A stretch of 63,319 bases of DNA, counting the filler, from Octopus bimaculoides (taxonomy: Eukaryota): assembly GCF_001194135.2 (NCBI RefSeq). It is 4 parts of 3 records of this genome, joined end to end, with 100 filler letters (N's around TTAATTAATTAA, not from the genome) between each part and the next. Parts side by side here need not be neighbours in the genome. Positions count along the whole stretch, not along the records: positions 29,485 to 44,211 come from NC_069006.1; positions 44,312 to 59,747 come from NC_069000.1; 2 more parts are not named here. One strand, given 5' to 3'. The notes under the pieces were generated by a model. It had not been told where the DNA came from. It ran no database searches and was given only the letters and a program-made list of their open reading frames with translations. Both the position numbers and the translations under genes were made by a program. Below are positions 35,274-48,390 of the stretch, in pieces (positions within the stretch are counted from its first letter, which is position 1; every line of letters starts with the position of its first letter).

Positions 35274-35954
35274 NNNNNNNNNNNNNNNNNNNNNNNNNNN
35301 NNNNNNNNNNNNNNNNNNNNNNNNNNNNNNNNNNNNNNNNNNNNNNNNNNNNNNNNNNNNNNNNNNNNNNNNNNNNNNNNNNNNNNNNNNNNNNNNNNNN
35401 NNNNNNNNNNNNNNNNNNNNNNNNNNNNNNNNNNNNNNNNNNNNNNNNNNNNNNNNNNNNNNNNNNNNNNNNNNNNNNNNNNNNNNNNNNNNNNNNNNNN
35501 NNNNNNNNNNNNNNNNNNNNNNNNNNNNNNNNNNNNNNNNNNNNNNNNNNNNNNNNNNNNNNNNNNNNNNNNNNNNNNNNNNNNNNNNNNNNNNNNNNNN
35601 NNNNNNNNNNNNNNNNNNNNNNNNNNNNNNNNNNNNNNNNNNNNNNNNNNNNNNNNNNNNNNNNNNNNNNNNNNNNNNNNNNNNNNNNNNNNNNNNNNNN
35701 NNNNNNNNNNNNNNNNNNNNNNNNNNNNNNNNNNNNNNNNNNNNNNNNNNNNNNNNNNNNNNNNNNNNNNNNNNNNNNNNNNNNNNNNNNNNNNNNNNNN
35801 NNNNNNNNNNNNNNNNNNNNNNNNNNNNNNNNNNNNNNNNNNNNNNNNNNNNNNNNNNNNNNNNNNNNNNNNNNNNNNNNNNNNNNNNNNNNNNNNNNNN
35901 NNNNNNNNNNNNNNNNNNNNNNNNNNNNNNNNNNNNNNNNNNNNNNNNNNNNNN

Positions 35955-36238
35955 GTGGAGGCGGCGGTGGTGGTAGCAGCCGCAGTGGTGGCGCCGGCGG
36001 CGGTGATGCTGGCGGCGGTGATGCCAGAGGCGGTGTAAGGTGGCAGTGATTGTGGTAGTGTTGGTGGTGGTGGTGGTAGCGGAGGAGGAGGAGGAGGAGG
36101 AGGAGTGAAAGGGATGGAAAGGGTGGTGGTGGTGTTGGTGGAACTTATTGTTGGTGTTGTTTATGGAGTCGTTTACAACAGCTTACCAACTATAACAACT
36201 AATGCTGTTATATTATCATTGCTAGTAGCAGCAGCAAC

Positions 36239-36270
<32 letters not shown>

Positions 36271-36292
36271 CAGCAGCAGCAGTAGCCAAAAG

Positions 36293-36333
<41 letters not shown>

Positions 36334-36442
36334 AGTGGTGGTGGTGTTGGTGGTGACGGTGGTGGAGGTGATGGTGGTGGTGGTGTTAATAAAATTGGTA
36401 GTAGCAGCAGTAGCAGCAGCAATAGCAGCAGCAGCGACAGCG

Positions 36443-36497
<55 letters not shown>

Positions 36498-37080
36498 AGG
36501 TGCTTAAGTAAGCATGAAATCTAACAATTTGTTCATTTGTCAAATTTGTGTTAGATTATAGAAAGTGAAATGATTGTTTAATGATGAGGTTGGGAGGGGG
36601 AGACGGGAGAAGAAGAAGAAGAAGAAGAAGAAGAAGAAGAAGAAGAAGAAGAAGAAGAAGAAGAAGAAGAATTGAAAGAAGAAGGAGGAGGAGGAGAAGG
36701 AGAAGAAGGATGAGAAGAAGAAGAAGAAGAAGAATTGGAAGAAGAAGAAGAAGAAGAATTGGAAGAAGAAGAAGAAGAAGAAGAAGAAGAAGAAGAAGAA
36801 GAAGAAGAATTGGAAGAAGAAGAAGAAGAAGAAGAAGAAGAAGAAGAAGAAGAAGAAGAAGAAGAAGAAGGAGAAGAATTGAAAGAAGGAGGAGGAGGAG
36901 GAAGAGGAGAAAAAGAAGAAGAAGAAGAAGAAGAAGAAGAAGAAGAAGAAGAAGAAGAAATTTCTAATGCTTGTTACGGTATGGTAATGATGATGATGTG
37001 GAAGGCGATGACGATGACGACGACAATGAAACTGCCACTGCTGCTGCTGCTGCTGCTAATGATGATGATGATGATGACCT
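35955..37080. repeat. Trinucleotide microsatellite cluster (GGT, GTA, GCA, GAA, GAT)
   Basis: Directly visible; the poly-R and poly-E ORFs are artefacts. Confidence 0.9.
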
Positions 37081-38133
37081 ACGGAATTTCCAAAAGAGAT
37101 TGACAATAATTGGAACCGATCTATTTCTGAACCTGTTCTGTATTGGCAGAGATTGATGGGGGGGGTCTGAAGACGGTGAGGTTGGAGGGATGGAGGGTGG
37201 TGAAGTGGAGCAGGTGGGGTGGAAGGAAAGGGGTCACTGCCTTGGAAGAAGATCTGTACTAGAGAAAGGAGTTAGAGGTGTAGAAGAGGCGNNNNNNNNN
37301 NNNNNNNNNNNNNNNNNNNNNNNNNNNNNNNNNNNNNNNNNNNNNNNNNNNNNNNNNNNNNNNNNNNNNNNNNNNNNNNNNNNNNNNNNNNNNNNNNNNN
37401 NNNNNNNNNNNNNNNNNNNNNNNNNNNNNNNNNNNNNNNNNNNNNNNNNNNNNNNNNNNNNNNNNNNNNNNNNNNNNNNNNNNNNNNNNNNNNNNNNNNN
37501 NNNNNNNNNNNNNNNNNNNNNNNNNNNNNNNNNNNNNNNNNNNNNNNNNNNNNNNNNNNNNNNNNNNNNNNNNNNNNNNNNNNNNNNNNNNNNNNNNNNN
37601 NNNNNNNNNNNNNNNNNNNNNNNNNNNNNNNNNNNNNNNNNNNNNNNNNNNNNNNNNNNNNNNNNNNNNNNNNNNNNNNNNNNNNNNNNNNNNNNNNNNN
37701 NNNNNNNNNNNNNNNNNNNNNNNNNNNNNNNNNNNNNNNNNNNNNNNNNNNNNNNNNNNNNNNNNNNNNNNNNNNNNNNNNNNNNNNNNNNNNNNNNNNN
37801 NNNNNNNNNNNNNNNNNNNNNNNNNNNNNNNNNNNNNNNNNNNNNNNNNNNNNNNNNNNNNNNNNNNNNNNNNNNNNNNNNNNNNNNNNNNNNNNNNNNN
37901 NNNNNNNNNNNNNNNNNNNNNNNNNNNNNNNNNNNNNNNNNNNNNNNNNNNNNNNNNNNNNNNNNNNNNNNNNNNNNNNNNNNNNNNNNNNNNNNNNNNN
38001 NNNNNNNNNNNNNNNNNNNNNNNNNNNNNNNNNNNNNNNNNNNNNNNNNNNNNNNNNNNNNNNNNNNNATTGAAATAAACTAGTACTTTCATGCATTGCG
38101 CAATCATCAGGTTTATGTAGTGACAGGTTTATG

Positions 38134-38193
<60 letters not shown>

Positions 38194-38580
38194 GAGGCAG
38201 GTGGACACACAAATAGATAGATAACAGATAGACAGTCTCACAGACAGACAGAAAACCTTCTATTTTCATATTCATATATTCATCTATCCACTTATCTACA
38301 TTCAAACTATGGGGTGGATGTCCGAAATTAAAAACCAAAACATTACCTGAATTCCTTGTTTCCCGTCCTGCAAAAGGACCTCAAAATTATCATCTCTACC
38401 AACCCTTCAGGGTGGCTTTGCTGGGGTTTGATCTCGAATAGCAGCCGGTCTATACACAGGTTGTACTGTCTTACATAGGAAACCAGCAGCAGTATTTTTC
38501 GTTATCAAATCTCCAACCTCTCGTGTTTGTAATCAGTGGCCATCTTGGATTTTTTTCATTTACTTGCTGATAGTTTAATG

Positions 38581-38892
38581 CAGTGGTTATCAACCGTTTT
38601 TACCACTGGACCCCTTTGATTGCTATTCTACACAGATGGATCCCCCATAACCATTCGATGTTTAAAAACTAGTTTTATAGATATTTTTTTCAAAATTCCT
38701 AATTTGCTTTTTCACGCATTTAATTTTGTAAGATGTTCGAGAAAGAATCCGAGATGTTTCTTGCAAACATCTGCATGAAAAGCAAAATGGTTTTCATGAA
38801 CTCGTGATTTCTATTTACTATTTTGTGTTGGACCCTAAAAATATTACCTTCGAACCCCCTTGCGCCATATGAATCCCTAATGAGAACCTGTG
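38581..38892. mobile_element. Possible old hAT/Charlie-like MITE
   Basis: Left end CAGTGGTTATCAACC; only a weak right end (TGAGAACCTGTG); no TSD seen. Confidence 0.3.
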
Positions 38893-39293
38893 GCTTAATG
38901 GCTTCAAATATTTAGTGATTCTCCCGCTGCATGAGTTGCACGAATGTTAGTCGTTATATTTTATGTGGGTATAAGACGTTTTGGCATAGCTGTTTCGGTG
39001 CCGCCTCTTCGGCGTCGCTGATTCGTCGCTGACTTATTTGCCACCAGAACTTTTACTGTCTCTTTAGTTATCCCTCCCTCTCTTCCTCTTCCTCTTTCTC
39101 TTTCTTCGCCCACTCTCTCTCCTTCTCTCTTTCACTCCTTTCCTCTCTTTCTCTGTTCATGTGAGCAAATATATTTCTCTGTATGGATACGAGGAGAAAG
39201 GAAGTGTTTGCCAAGCATGTCCAATAAATAAAATCTCTCTCTCATTCTCTCTCTCTCTCCCTCAAACTCACAATCGGTGCGTGTGTGTGTGTT

Positions 39294-39339
<46 letters not shown>

Positions 39340-41006
39340 CTCCAACACTGAAAAAATACTGCCACGAAAACAAACCGAACGACCAACTGAAGCGTGCCTA
39401 GTCGTCAGCGCCCAAACAGNNNNNNNNNNNNNNNNNNNNNNNNNNNNNNNNNNNNNNNNNNNNNNNNNNNNNNNNNNNNNNNNNNNNNNNNNNNNNNNNN
39501 NNNNNNNNNNNNNNNNNNNNNNNNNNNNNNNNNNNNNNNNNNNNNNNNNNNNNNNNNNNNNNNNNNNNNNNNNNNNNNNNNNNNNNNNNNNNNNNNNNNN
39601 NNNNNNNNNNNNNNNNNNNNNNNNNNNNNNNNNNNNNNNNNNNNNGATGATGATGATGATGATGATGACGACGATGATGATGAAGCTGCTGCTGCTGATG
39701 ATGATGATGACGATGATGACGATGATGATGACGATGTTGATGATGATGACGATGATGATGATGACGATGATGATGATGACGATGATGACGATGATGACGA
39801 TGATGATGATGATGATGATGATGATGACGACGACGTTAATGATGACGACGACGACGACGAGGACGATGATGATGTGGTTGTGTAACCTTCGCTCAGTTCT
39901 GGGGAAGCAGAAAAGCCTTCATTGTTCTTGCACTTGTTCTCGTTCTTGTTGTTATCGTTGTTTAGTCTCTGCTCAAAAGTATTCCGGTCATGACCATCCC
40001 TTCTTTGTTTCAGGCAGGTTGCATTTCAGACGACATTATTCAAGGTGTCCTTAATATTGAAGTAGTGTAATCCGACGAAGATACGGCTGTTATTTCTAGC
40101 AAATCAAATGACCCCCTACAAATACGCGCCTATTTCTGTTGTTTTCAGTTAGTTTTTGTTTAAACACAGTGAGTGGGGGGGTGTAAGCAAACATGTTTTA
40201 TGTGTGTAGAATTGCGCTGTTTCTGTTTGTGTACTTGAGTTAATGCGTATATTTATGTCTTATATGTGTTTGTGAGTGTGTGGATATGGATGTATGAATG
40301 TATGTATACATGTTTGTATGTATATCTATGTATGTGTGAGTATATATGCAAATATATTATATATGTGTGTGTGTATATATATATAATATATATATATNNN
40401 NNNNNNNNNNNNNNNNNNNNNNNNNNNNNNNNNNNNNNNNNNNNNNNNNNNNNNNNNNNNNNNNNNNNNNNNNNNNNNNNNNNNNNNNNNNNNNNNNNNN
40501 NNNNNNNNNNNNNNNNNNNNNNNNNNNNNNNNNNNNNNNNNNNNNNNNNNNNNNNNNNNNNNNNNNNNNNNNNNNNNNNNNNNNNNNNNNNNNNNNNNNN
40601 NNNNNNNNNNNNNNNNNNNNNNNNNNNNNNNNNNNNNNNNNNNNNNNNNNNNNNNNNNNNNNNNNNNNNNNNNNNNNNNNNNNNNNNNNNNNNNNNNNNN
40701 NNNNNNNNNNNNNNNNNNNNNNNNNNNNNNNNNNNNNNNNNNNNNNNNNNNNNNNNNNNNNNNNNNNNNNNNNNNNNNNNNNNNNNNNNNNNNNNNNNNN
40801 NNNNNNNNNNNNNNNNNNNNNNNNNNNNNNNNNNNNNNNNNNNNNNNNNNNNNNNNNNNNNNNNNNNNNNNNNNNNNNNNNNNNNNNNNNNNNNNNNNNN
40901 NNNNNNNNNNNNNNNNNNNNNNNNNNNNNNNNNNNNNNNNNNNNNNNNNNNNNNNNNNNNNNNNNNNNNNNNNNNNNNNNNNNNNNNNNNNNNNNNNNNA
41001 TATATA

Positions 41007-42282
41007 TATCGGGTCATTAAGAATGAAATGTCTGATTTTCTTATGCACCAAGTTTGACAGTAGTTAACTCTAATGTTTTATCCTGACAATTCTTTGTTTT
41101 ACAACACTGAAGAGATAAATTATCACTTTTCGAAATGCAATTTACGGTGTCTGATTATATTGTGAGTTTTCTCTTGTAAATAAATTTTTGTGAACCCATG
41201 GATAGATCAAAGATTCGTATGAGTTCCGTCGTGGAACCAATGCGTCCCTGACAGATCGAAACCTCAATGAGGTGTTTGGTGAAGATGTGGCAAATGAGTG
41301 CACTGTATGTTGATGGTTTGAGAAGTTCTGGTCTGGTGACTTTACTCTTGAAAATCAGCCCCGTGGTAGACCTGAAGCAAGGTGGATAATGATAATCTGG
41401 AAATTGTAGTGGAAGCAGATACATCTGAAACTACGCGTGAGTTAGCAGCAAGGTTTCATGTTTCGATTTCAACTGTATTGGACCATTTGAAACAAATCGG
41501 CAAGGTAAAGAAGCTGGACAAGTGGGTACCACACGAACTGAACAAGCATCAAATGTCACGACGTTTTGAAACTTGTTATTCTTTGCTGTCACGGCATAAA
41601 AGCAAACCATTTTTGTAATGTATTGTTACATGTGATGAAAAATGGATTCTTTTCAATAACAGCAAGCATTCTGGATGGTGGTTGGATTGAGATGAAGTGC
41701 CGAAACACAATCCAAAAAAGAATATTCACTGAAAAAGCTAATGGTGTCTGTCTGGTTGTCCAGTGCTGGTGTCATCCACAACAGCTTCATGAGACCTGGT
41801 AAGTCAATTACAGCGGATGTTGCACATCAACTAATTGGGTGAAATGATGAGTGAATTTGCAATTAAACAACCGAGATTGGTCAACAGAGACAGGCTAATT
41901 CTCTTGCAAGACAATGGTCGACCACATGTTGCACAAAGAATGCTACACAAGTTACAGGAACTGATCTTGGAAGTACTCTGTCATCCACCATATTCACCAG
42001 ACCTTGCACCAACTGACTATCATGTTTTCCAGGCATTTGACAACTTTTTACAAGGAAAAACAGTTCAAACCTGAAGAGGATGCAAAAACAGCCTTTCGTG
42101 ATGTCATCACCTCTTGCTCTCCAGAATTCTTTGCTGCTGGCATAAATAAGCAACTGATAAAATGGCAAAATTGTGTTGATAATTTAGGTGCATACTTTGA
42201 TTAACTGCATTGCTTTTTGCTGAGATAAAGTAAAATAAACTTAAAGTTCAAAATTGGACATTTCATTCTTAACGACCTGATA
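41007..42282 (+). mobile_element. Full-length mariner (D,D34D; Hsmar1/cecropia-like), inactive
   Basis: About 30-bp TIRs (TATCRGGTCRTTAAGAATGAAATGTC) in a TA tract. Motifs WVPHEL, TCDEKW (D at 41634), QDNGRPH (D at 41910), YSPDLAPTDYH (D at 42015; 34 residues between D2 and D3). Several stops and frameshifts. Confidence 0.95.
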
Positions 42283-42885
42283 TATATATATACATATATG
42301 TACATTTTCTTATATATACATACACAGATACATACACACACAGGCGCGTCTATATGCGTGTGTTTTGGTGTCTCTGTGTATGAATGTGTGTCTGGTTGTG
42401 TATTTATGTGCATGTCTCCATGTGTTTATGTACGAGTGTCTTTGTGTGTGTGTGTGTATGTGTGCGTGTGTGCGGGCGTGTATCTCCGCGCGCCATTTTT
42501 GATGCATTAGTAAAACAACTATTGTGTCATTTAAGGGTGGAGTCCATAGAAGTAATGCCCGATCACATCCCCACCCAGTCACTGCAATTCAGAGTGGATT
42601 GGTACACGTCACGTAATGTTAACTCTGTCGGTGAGCAGCCACCGATAACCTTTGACCCAGCTTGTTTTCACTGTCGAGCAAAATGCATTATAGTGTTTAC
42701 AAAAGAACCTTCCCTGTGTATGTATGTTTGAATAAATTCAAGCATGCATGTGTGTATGTATGTATGTATGTATGCATGCATGCATGTATCTGTGTATAAT
42801 TTATATATGTACGCATGTATGTATATCTGTATGTATATACATATATGTGTGTACATATATATATACATATATACAAATATACATA

Positions 42886-42937
<52 letters not shown>

Positions 42938-43242
42938 TATGTATACGTGTGCACGTATGTATATATGTATACGTATATGTGTATGTATGTGTGTGTGTAT
43001 ATATATACCCATACGCACAAGCACAAGTGTCTGTGAGCGTGGAGATGCTATGTTGTTAGTCATTGGGAATCTATGTAAGGCGTTGATAGAAACTGGAAAA
43101 AAAAGAGAATTAACTTTTAAACAGTAAAGGAGGCTGGAGGTGGATAGAGAGACAGATACACGGAACGACTGGGAAGAAGGGAAGGAGGAAAGAAGAAATA
43201 AAGGGATACATATATACACACACACACACACAAACACACACA

Positions 43243-43297
<55 letters not shown>

Positions 43298-43413
43298 TTA
43301 GTATAGTTATATTCCGTTAGGAACGTGGTAGAGTACAGTATAAAGCTCGTAGACCCTCAGAATTACCCAGTGCTATCGGTAGTACTATTATACGAATGCT
43401 ATATATATAGCAT

Positions 43414-43800
43414 ATACTACCAGAAATACCCATCATTGACTGGGGTTGAAAAACGCTGCCAAAATTGTACTATGAATATTGAAAGTTATTCACTTAGATT
43501 GTATTGAACATATATAAGAAATGATTGTTAACTTTCATGTAGACGATAGAGCGATAGAGCTGTTTTCTTCTGGCCAATGTTATCATGAGTCTATATAAAC
43601 TTCTGATTTATGGTCTCTAGTATTACTATTCAATAAATGAAGCAAACATCGCACAGGCTTTAACTTCTGTCGAGTACAAGATAAGTAAATAAAAGTGCGG
43701 GGAAAACTAAATGGAAGGCGATGATGAGGAGCTCCTGGCGGCTGCAGTGAGTTTAAGAACTCAACCGGGCAATTGACTATTGCTGATTCATCCACAACAG
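43414..43800 (-). mobile_element. Helitron 3' fragment (Pif1-like helicase end plus degenerate terminus)
   Basis: [18 protein letters not shown] fused to [12 protein letters not shown] (similar to FSHGQLYVAxSR). Terminus-like ACCC...GGGTATTTCTGGTAGT at about 43414-43450. Confidence 0.6.
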
Positions 43801-44211
43801 AGTCTATAGATTTCTAAGTATGTTCGTTTCCTGGTAAAAGTTTCTCGAGTTGTGAGGAAAACATACATTGCGGTGTCCTTATGGTGTCCAAACGTTGAAA
43901 ATGATTCTTTTTCTTTTTTTTTTTTTGATACAGTTGAAACATTCCCACCAGAGGTTTCCATTTCTATCCAAATTTTTAGTACAAAAGATCTCGCAACATT
44001 TAGAAGGTTGACAATCTATAAATAACTGTGTTCAGCACATATGACAATAATGACAATGCATTTCTAGTGTTAGAAACTGCAAAGTGACGTGTAGGAAGAC
44101 AAGCCGTGGGTGTTGTAATCATTTCAGCATTGGTCAATCCTCAAAGATATTATTTATCAACCCCAGCCCACGTCACGACGATCTCTGAAGAGGAAACGAC
44201 CACTTTGGACC

Positions 44212-44311
44212 NNNNNNNNNNNNNNNNNNNNNNNNNNNNNNNNNNNNNNNNNNNNTTAATTAATTAANNNNNNNNNNNNNNNNNNNNNNNNNNNNNNNNN
44301 NNNNNNNNNNN
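44212..44311. other. Artificial scaffold spacer 2
   Basis: 44 N + TTAATTAATTAA (44256-44267) + 44 N. Confidence 0.95.
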
Positions 44312-44582
44312 TATATATATATATATATATATATGCATATATATATATATATGTATATATATAATGTATATTATTATATAGTTGAACGTCACGCATCCTC
44401 TTCCAAGTAAGTTTTTATGTATATATACATACATATATATGTATTTGAAGAGACGAGAGACGTAACATCTGGCCATGTTGCAATAAGGCAGTAAACACCA
44501 TATATCTTTGTTCCGTATCAAACACTTCTTTCATATTATAGATTAGAGTATACATACATATGCATATATACACACACACACA

Positions 44583-44631
<49 letters not shown>

Positions 44632-46465
44632 GGATACATATCTACGTGTATATCAATACATGCAAACACATACACACACATTTAAATGTATACTTGCACA
44701 TGTGTGTGTCTGCGTGACTTCTTTTTACGACTGTGATGTATACTTGAAACGTGAAATCGATAAAAAAAAAGCTCATTTAAATTACGAGATATTACTTGTA
44801 GTACGCTTATGTCTCAAAATATTTTGTAAACTAATATAAAAAGAAAAGAACAAACAAACTAATAAATCAAAAAAATATAAATATCAGTCAAACAACCGCC
44901 AGTTCTTCTTGTATCTATGCCATAACCATGTTTCTGAAGTACATAACTTGTGTAGTTAATAGCAAAATGCTGGAAATATATTCATCTGTAAAGTAGTTTC
45001 CGTCTTTCCAATATAATATATCATAATATAAGTCATACATAATGTTATTGGTGTATGAAATAACCTATATATAAATCTAACTGCTTCTATTTAAGCCAAT
45101 ATATTATGGTGGTATGTCCGTCTGAAACCGTAATGTGGCTTGTATTAAAAGTTTTCAAAATTTAGTTTTTTTTTCTTTTTTAGCTTCATCTGTCTATGGT
45201 CTTGAGTTCAGATTTCGCTACGTATTTTTTTTTCATTTTGATGGCACCGCCGTTTGGACATGCATGTAGATATAACTGCAGGTACTCCGTCGGTTACGAC
45301 CACGAAGCTTCCAATTGATCCGATCAACTGGACAGGCTTACTTGTAAAATTAACTAGCAAGTTGTTGCAAGTCCTTCTAGGATCACTGAGGCATATACTA
45401 TCACATACATTTCTCGTAGACAGTAGAGTCGTATCGTTTCAATCTTTCCCTAGCTGCTAATCTGTTGTATTGAGGTAATTTTCATGAAGCAGCCTTAGAT
45501 TTCTTCGTCTTCTGTCTTCAAAGTTTACGTTATGTGGTGACCAGAGTTGAGAGCAATACTATAAACGGCTGAGGACAAATGTCGTTTAGGGAACCATCAC
45601 ATTCTCCAGTACTCCCGTTCTAAAAGTTGGTAGAATATATAAATAAATATTTCTTCGATATATTTAGCACGCTTCTCTAAACTGAAACCTAAGGTAAACA
45701 AGAAACCATTGTCTAGCGCTTTCTACTAATAGTATCAATAGTTATTTAATTATATATATTAATATATATTAATAATCACTTCCCATTTCAAGCAGATGCC
45801 GTTATATAAATTAAATAGATTAAGTTATACAGTCTGGAAGTCCAACAAACATATGCATATATATATGTATGAGTATCTCTATCAATTAATATTCTCTCAG
45901 TGGGTAATTGATTTCTGATAAGGTGTTAATAAGTATTGAGACTAGCCTGCTCCAAAACGGATGGTTTAATAATTTCGTTTACATTTCAAAGCGAGACAGT
46001 TATGTATTAGATAAACACCCGCACGTAAATGTTATTGTATATTTCATACGTACTCTTATCTTTAAAGCTGTGCTTAGCAGTTTTGCTCGGGAATTCACAC
46101 ATTTCTCTGACTTGGTTGGAGATTTGAATATTGCCAATTAATCTTAAATAATGCCATCCGTCTATCCAGCCATCCATCTCCGCATGCTAACGTTTCTGCC
46201 AGCTCACCACCATTATACTTTCTGGACAGAATCACAGGTGCGACTCGCTGAAACCTTGCATATTACACAGTCATCTCATGTTGGGTCTACCGAAGGTTCG
46301 CTGCCATTTCGCTCGTCTTGAAGGATCTGTTTTTTTATTCTTTCCTGGAGAGAATTCCAAATCTCTGGACTACGCTCCATGTCGAGTGTCGTTACTCCAG
46401 AGATCTTTAGGAGACGCCACATTTCGGCCTTAATCAAATTAATAATAATAACAACAACAACAACA

Positions 46466-46615
46466 ACATCGGAAAACTACTTTAGGAATGAGAACCCAGA
46501 TTCGAAATTCCACCGGGACACTTGATGAAGGCTGGAGGGTATATCAGCCGAAACGTTATGTTTACAACAAACAAGATGAGGACAAATATCCGTCAAATGT
46601 AAATAATGTAAATAA
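46466..46615 (+). mobile_element. Probable Penelope pLTR remnant carrying a hammerhead-like motif (46518-46561)
   Basis: ACAC-TTGATGA-A-GGCTG-GAGGGTATAT-CAGCC-GAAAC-GTT-ATGT, ending in (TGTAAATAA)2. C3 of the core is U in this copy. Confidence 0.6.
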
Positions 46616-47776
46616 GGTCTTAGCTGATATTATGATATAAATCACCTGTTCAAGGAGACGTGCTGAGGGTGTGAACCCAGAGCCCTGTGTTTATGTTTGT
46701 TGCTAAACGTACAACTTAACCATACGGCCATGTCAGCTGTAGGAATTTTTTTTTTTTTTTTCAATAAAACCCTGATACCGTTTTACTGTTGAAGAAAGTA
46801 AATCTCCTGAAAATTCGTGCAGCAAACGTGACTTAATTTTATAAAATACTACGTTTGAGAGAAACGATCGTTTCCAGCTATTTTTTACTCCCCTGTCAAG
46901 AAAGGAAAGAAAGAAAATGGCGTCGATAAAATCGTTATTGCATTCGTTGTCGTGTTTGCTGTTATCGTTATTGTTGATATTTTTTATTGGTGCTACGTTT
47001 GTTTGTTTACTATTGCTAGTTATGCGAGTGTTTTGTTTTCTTGTGTTATTTATTATGGCTATTTATTCTGCTAGAGTTATATATAGTTGATATTTTATTG
47101 TTTGCCTTGTTAGTTTATTGTTCCTGTGGCTTGTTTGCGAGTTTTCCGTTCCTATGTATTTATTTTTTATTAATTACGGTTTATGCGAGGCTTTCTTTGT
47201 TGCTGTTGTTGCTATTTTTGTACTGCTTACTGTTGCTATTCCTATTTGTTTCGTTTGCTATTGTTATTTAAATTATATTTTCTTTTCTGTTGCCGCCATT
47301 TTTACTGTTGCTATTTTTTGTTATTTCTACACTAAAGGCATTTTTAAAAAAAAATTTCAAATAAGATATTCTTACAAATGTAAAATGCTTATTCCAGAAA
47401 AGCAAATGAAAAAAAGCCAACAGGAACTTATGAAATGTTGCATTTCTCCATTGGTTGGCAAAATACCATTCGTTATTATGAAGGCAGCCATGTTGAGAAA
47501 TTTCTAAATATTGCAGAAGATAAGATAGTTATCTCTGTTTGATATCCAAAGAACAATGATTGTAAAGCTGTTTTAATATATTTAAAAGAAAGATCAATTC
47601 TATAGTGAGACAAACCTAGAAATCTACAAAAAGAACTTTAGGTTTAATCGGTCTTATCTTATTATAGATAGAGATTGTTAAAACATTCAGCTCGACATGA
47701 ATATTTTGTAATAATAAATACAGCCTCCGTCAAAACAATTCCGGAGTTATTACGGTACCAGAGGTAGAGTAATATG

Positions 47777-47940
47777 CTTTATTTAAAAGCAGCAGAAATA
47801 TCACAAAAACTGTTACACAGAATTTCACGTTCCCGTTCGTCGGACAGTTTTATTAGAATGATTCTAACAAAACTGTCCGACGAACGGGAACGTGAAACTC
47901 AGTAAAATTTGTTGCGATATTTCTATGCTGTTAAATAAAG
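47777..47940. repeat. Long palindrome: 37-bp core arms (1 mismatch, 1-nt spacer) inside about 80-bp imperfect arms
   Basis: 47823-47859 versus the reverse complement of 47861-47897; outer arms CTTTATTTAA...GAAATATC and GATATTTC...TTAAATAAAG. Confidence 0.95.
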
Positions 47941-48325
47941 TATATNNNNNNNNNNNNNNNNNNNNNNNNNNNNNNNNNNNNNNNNNNNNNNNNNNNNNNN
48001 NNNNNNNNNNNNNNNNNNNNNNNNNNNNNNNNNNNNNNNNNNNNNNNNNNNNNNNNNNNNNNNNNNNNNNNNNNNNNNNNNNNNNNNNNNNNNTATATAT
48101 ATATATATATATATATATTATTAATAGTAATGGTAAGACAACAAAAGAATGAATGAGACCTAGATATTATGTAAATAGAGGAATTTATCTGTAGTATATT
48201 TGACAATTATTCGGTTGCCCTAATAATACTCCGAGTTATTATGGCAACCAACCGAATAATTGTCACATATTATATTACAGATATATATATATATAGCGTG
48301 TGTGTATACATACATATATATACAT

Positions 48326-48390
<65 letters not shown>

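Noticed and set aside
39990-40060. Plus-strand splice acceptor CTTCTTTGTTTCAG and short frame AGCISDDIIQGVLNIEVV*
   Set aside because: No homology, partner exon or start; acceptor-like tracts are common here.
44183-44205. CTGAAGA-G-GAAAC as another hammerhead core
   Set aside because: Helix II is absent and the sequence ends at a spacer; cannot be supported.
46917-47090. 57-aa signal-peptide-like ORF MASIKSLLHSLSCLLLSLLLIFF... with good start context
   Set aside because: It lies in T-rich (GTT/ATT) low-complexity sequence where all frames look hydrophobic; only the start motif is kept as a weak finding.
48214-48250. GGTTGCC...GGCAACC hairpin as an RFX X-box
   Set aside because: The half-sites are about 23 nt apart, not 0-3; just a 14-bp imperfect inverted repeat.
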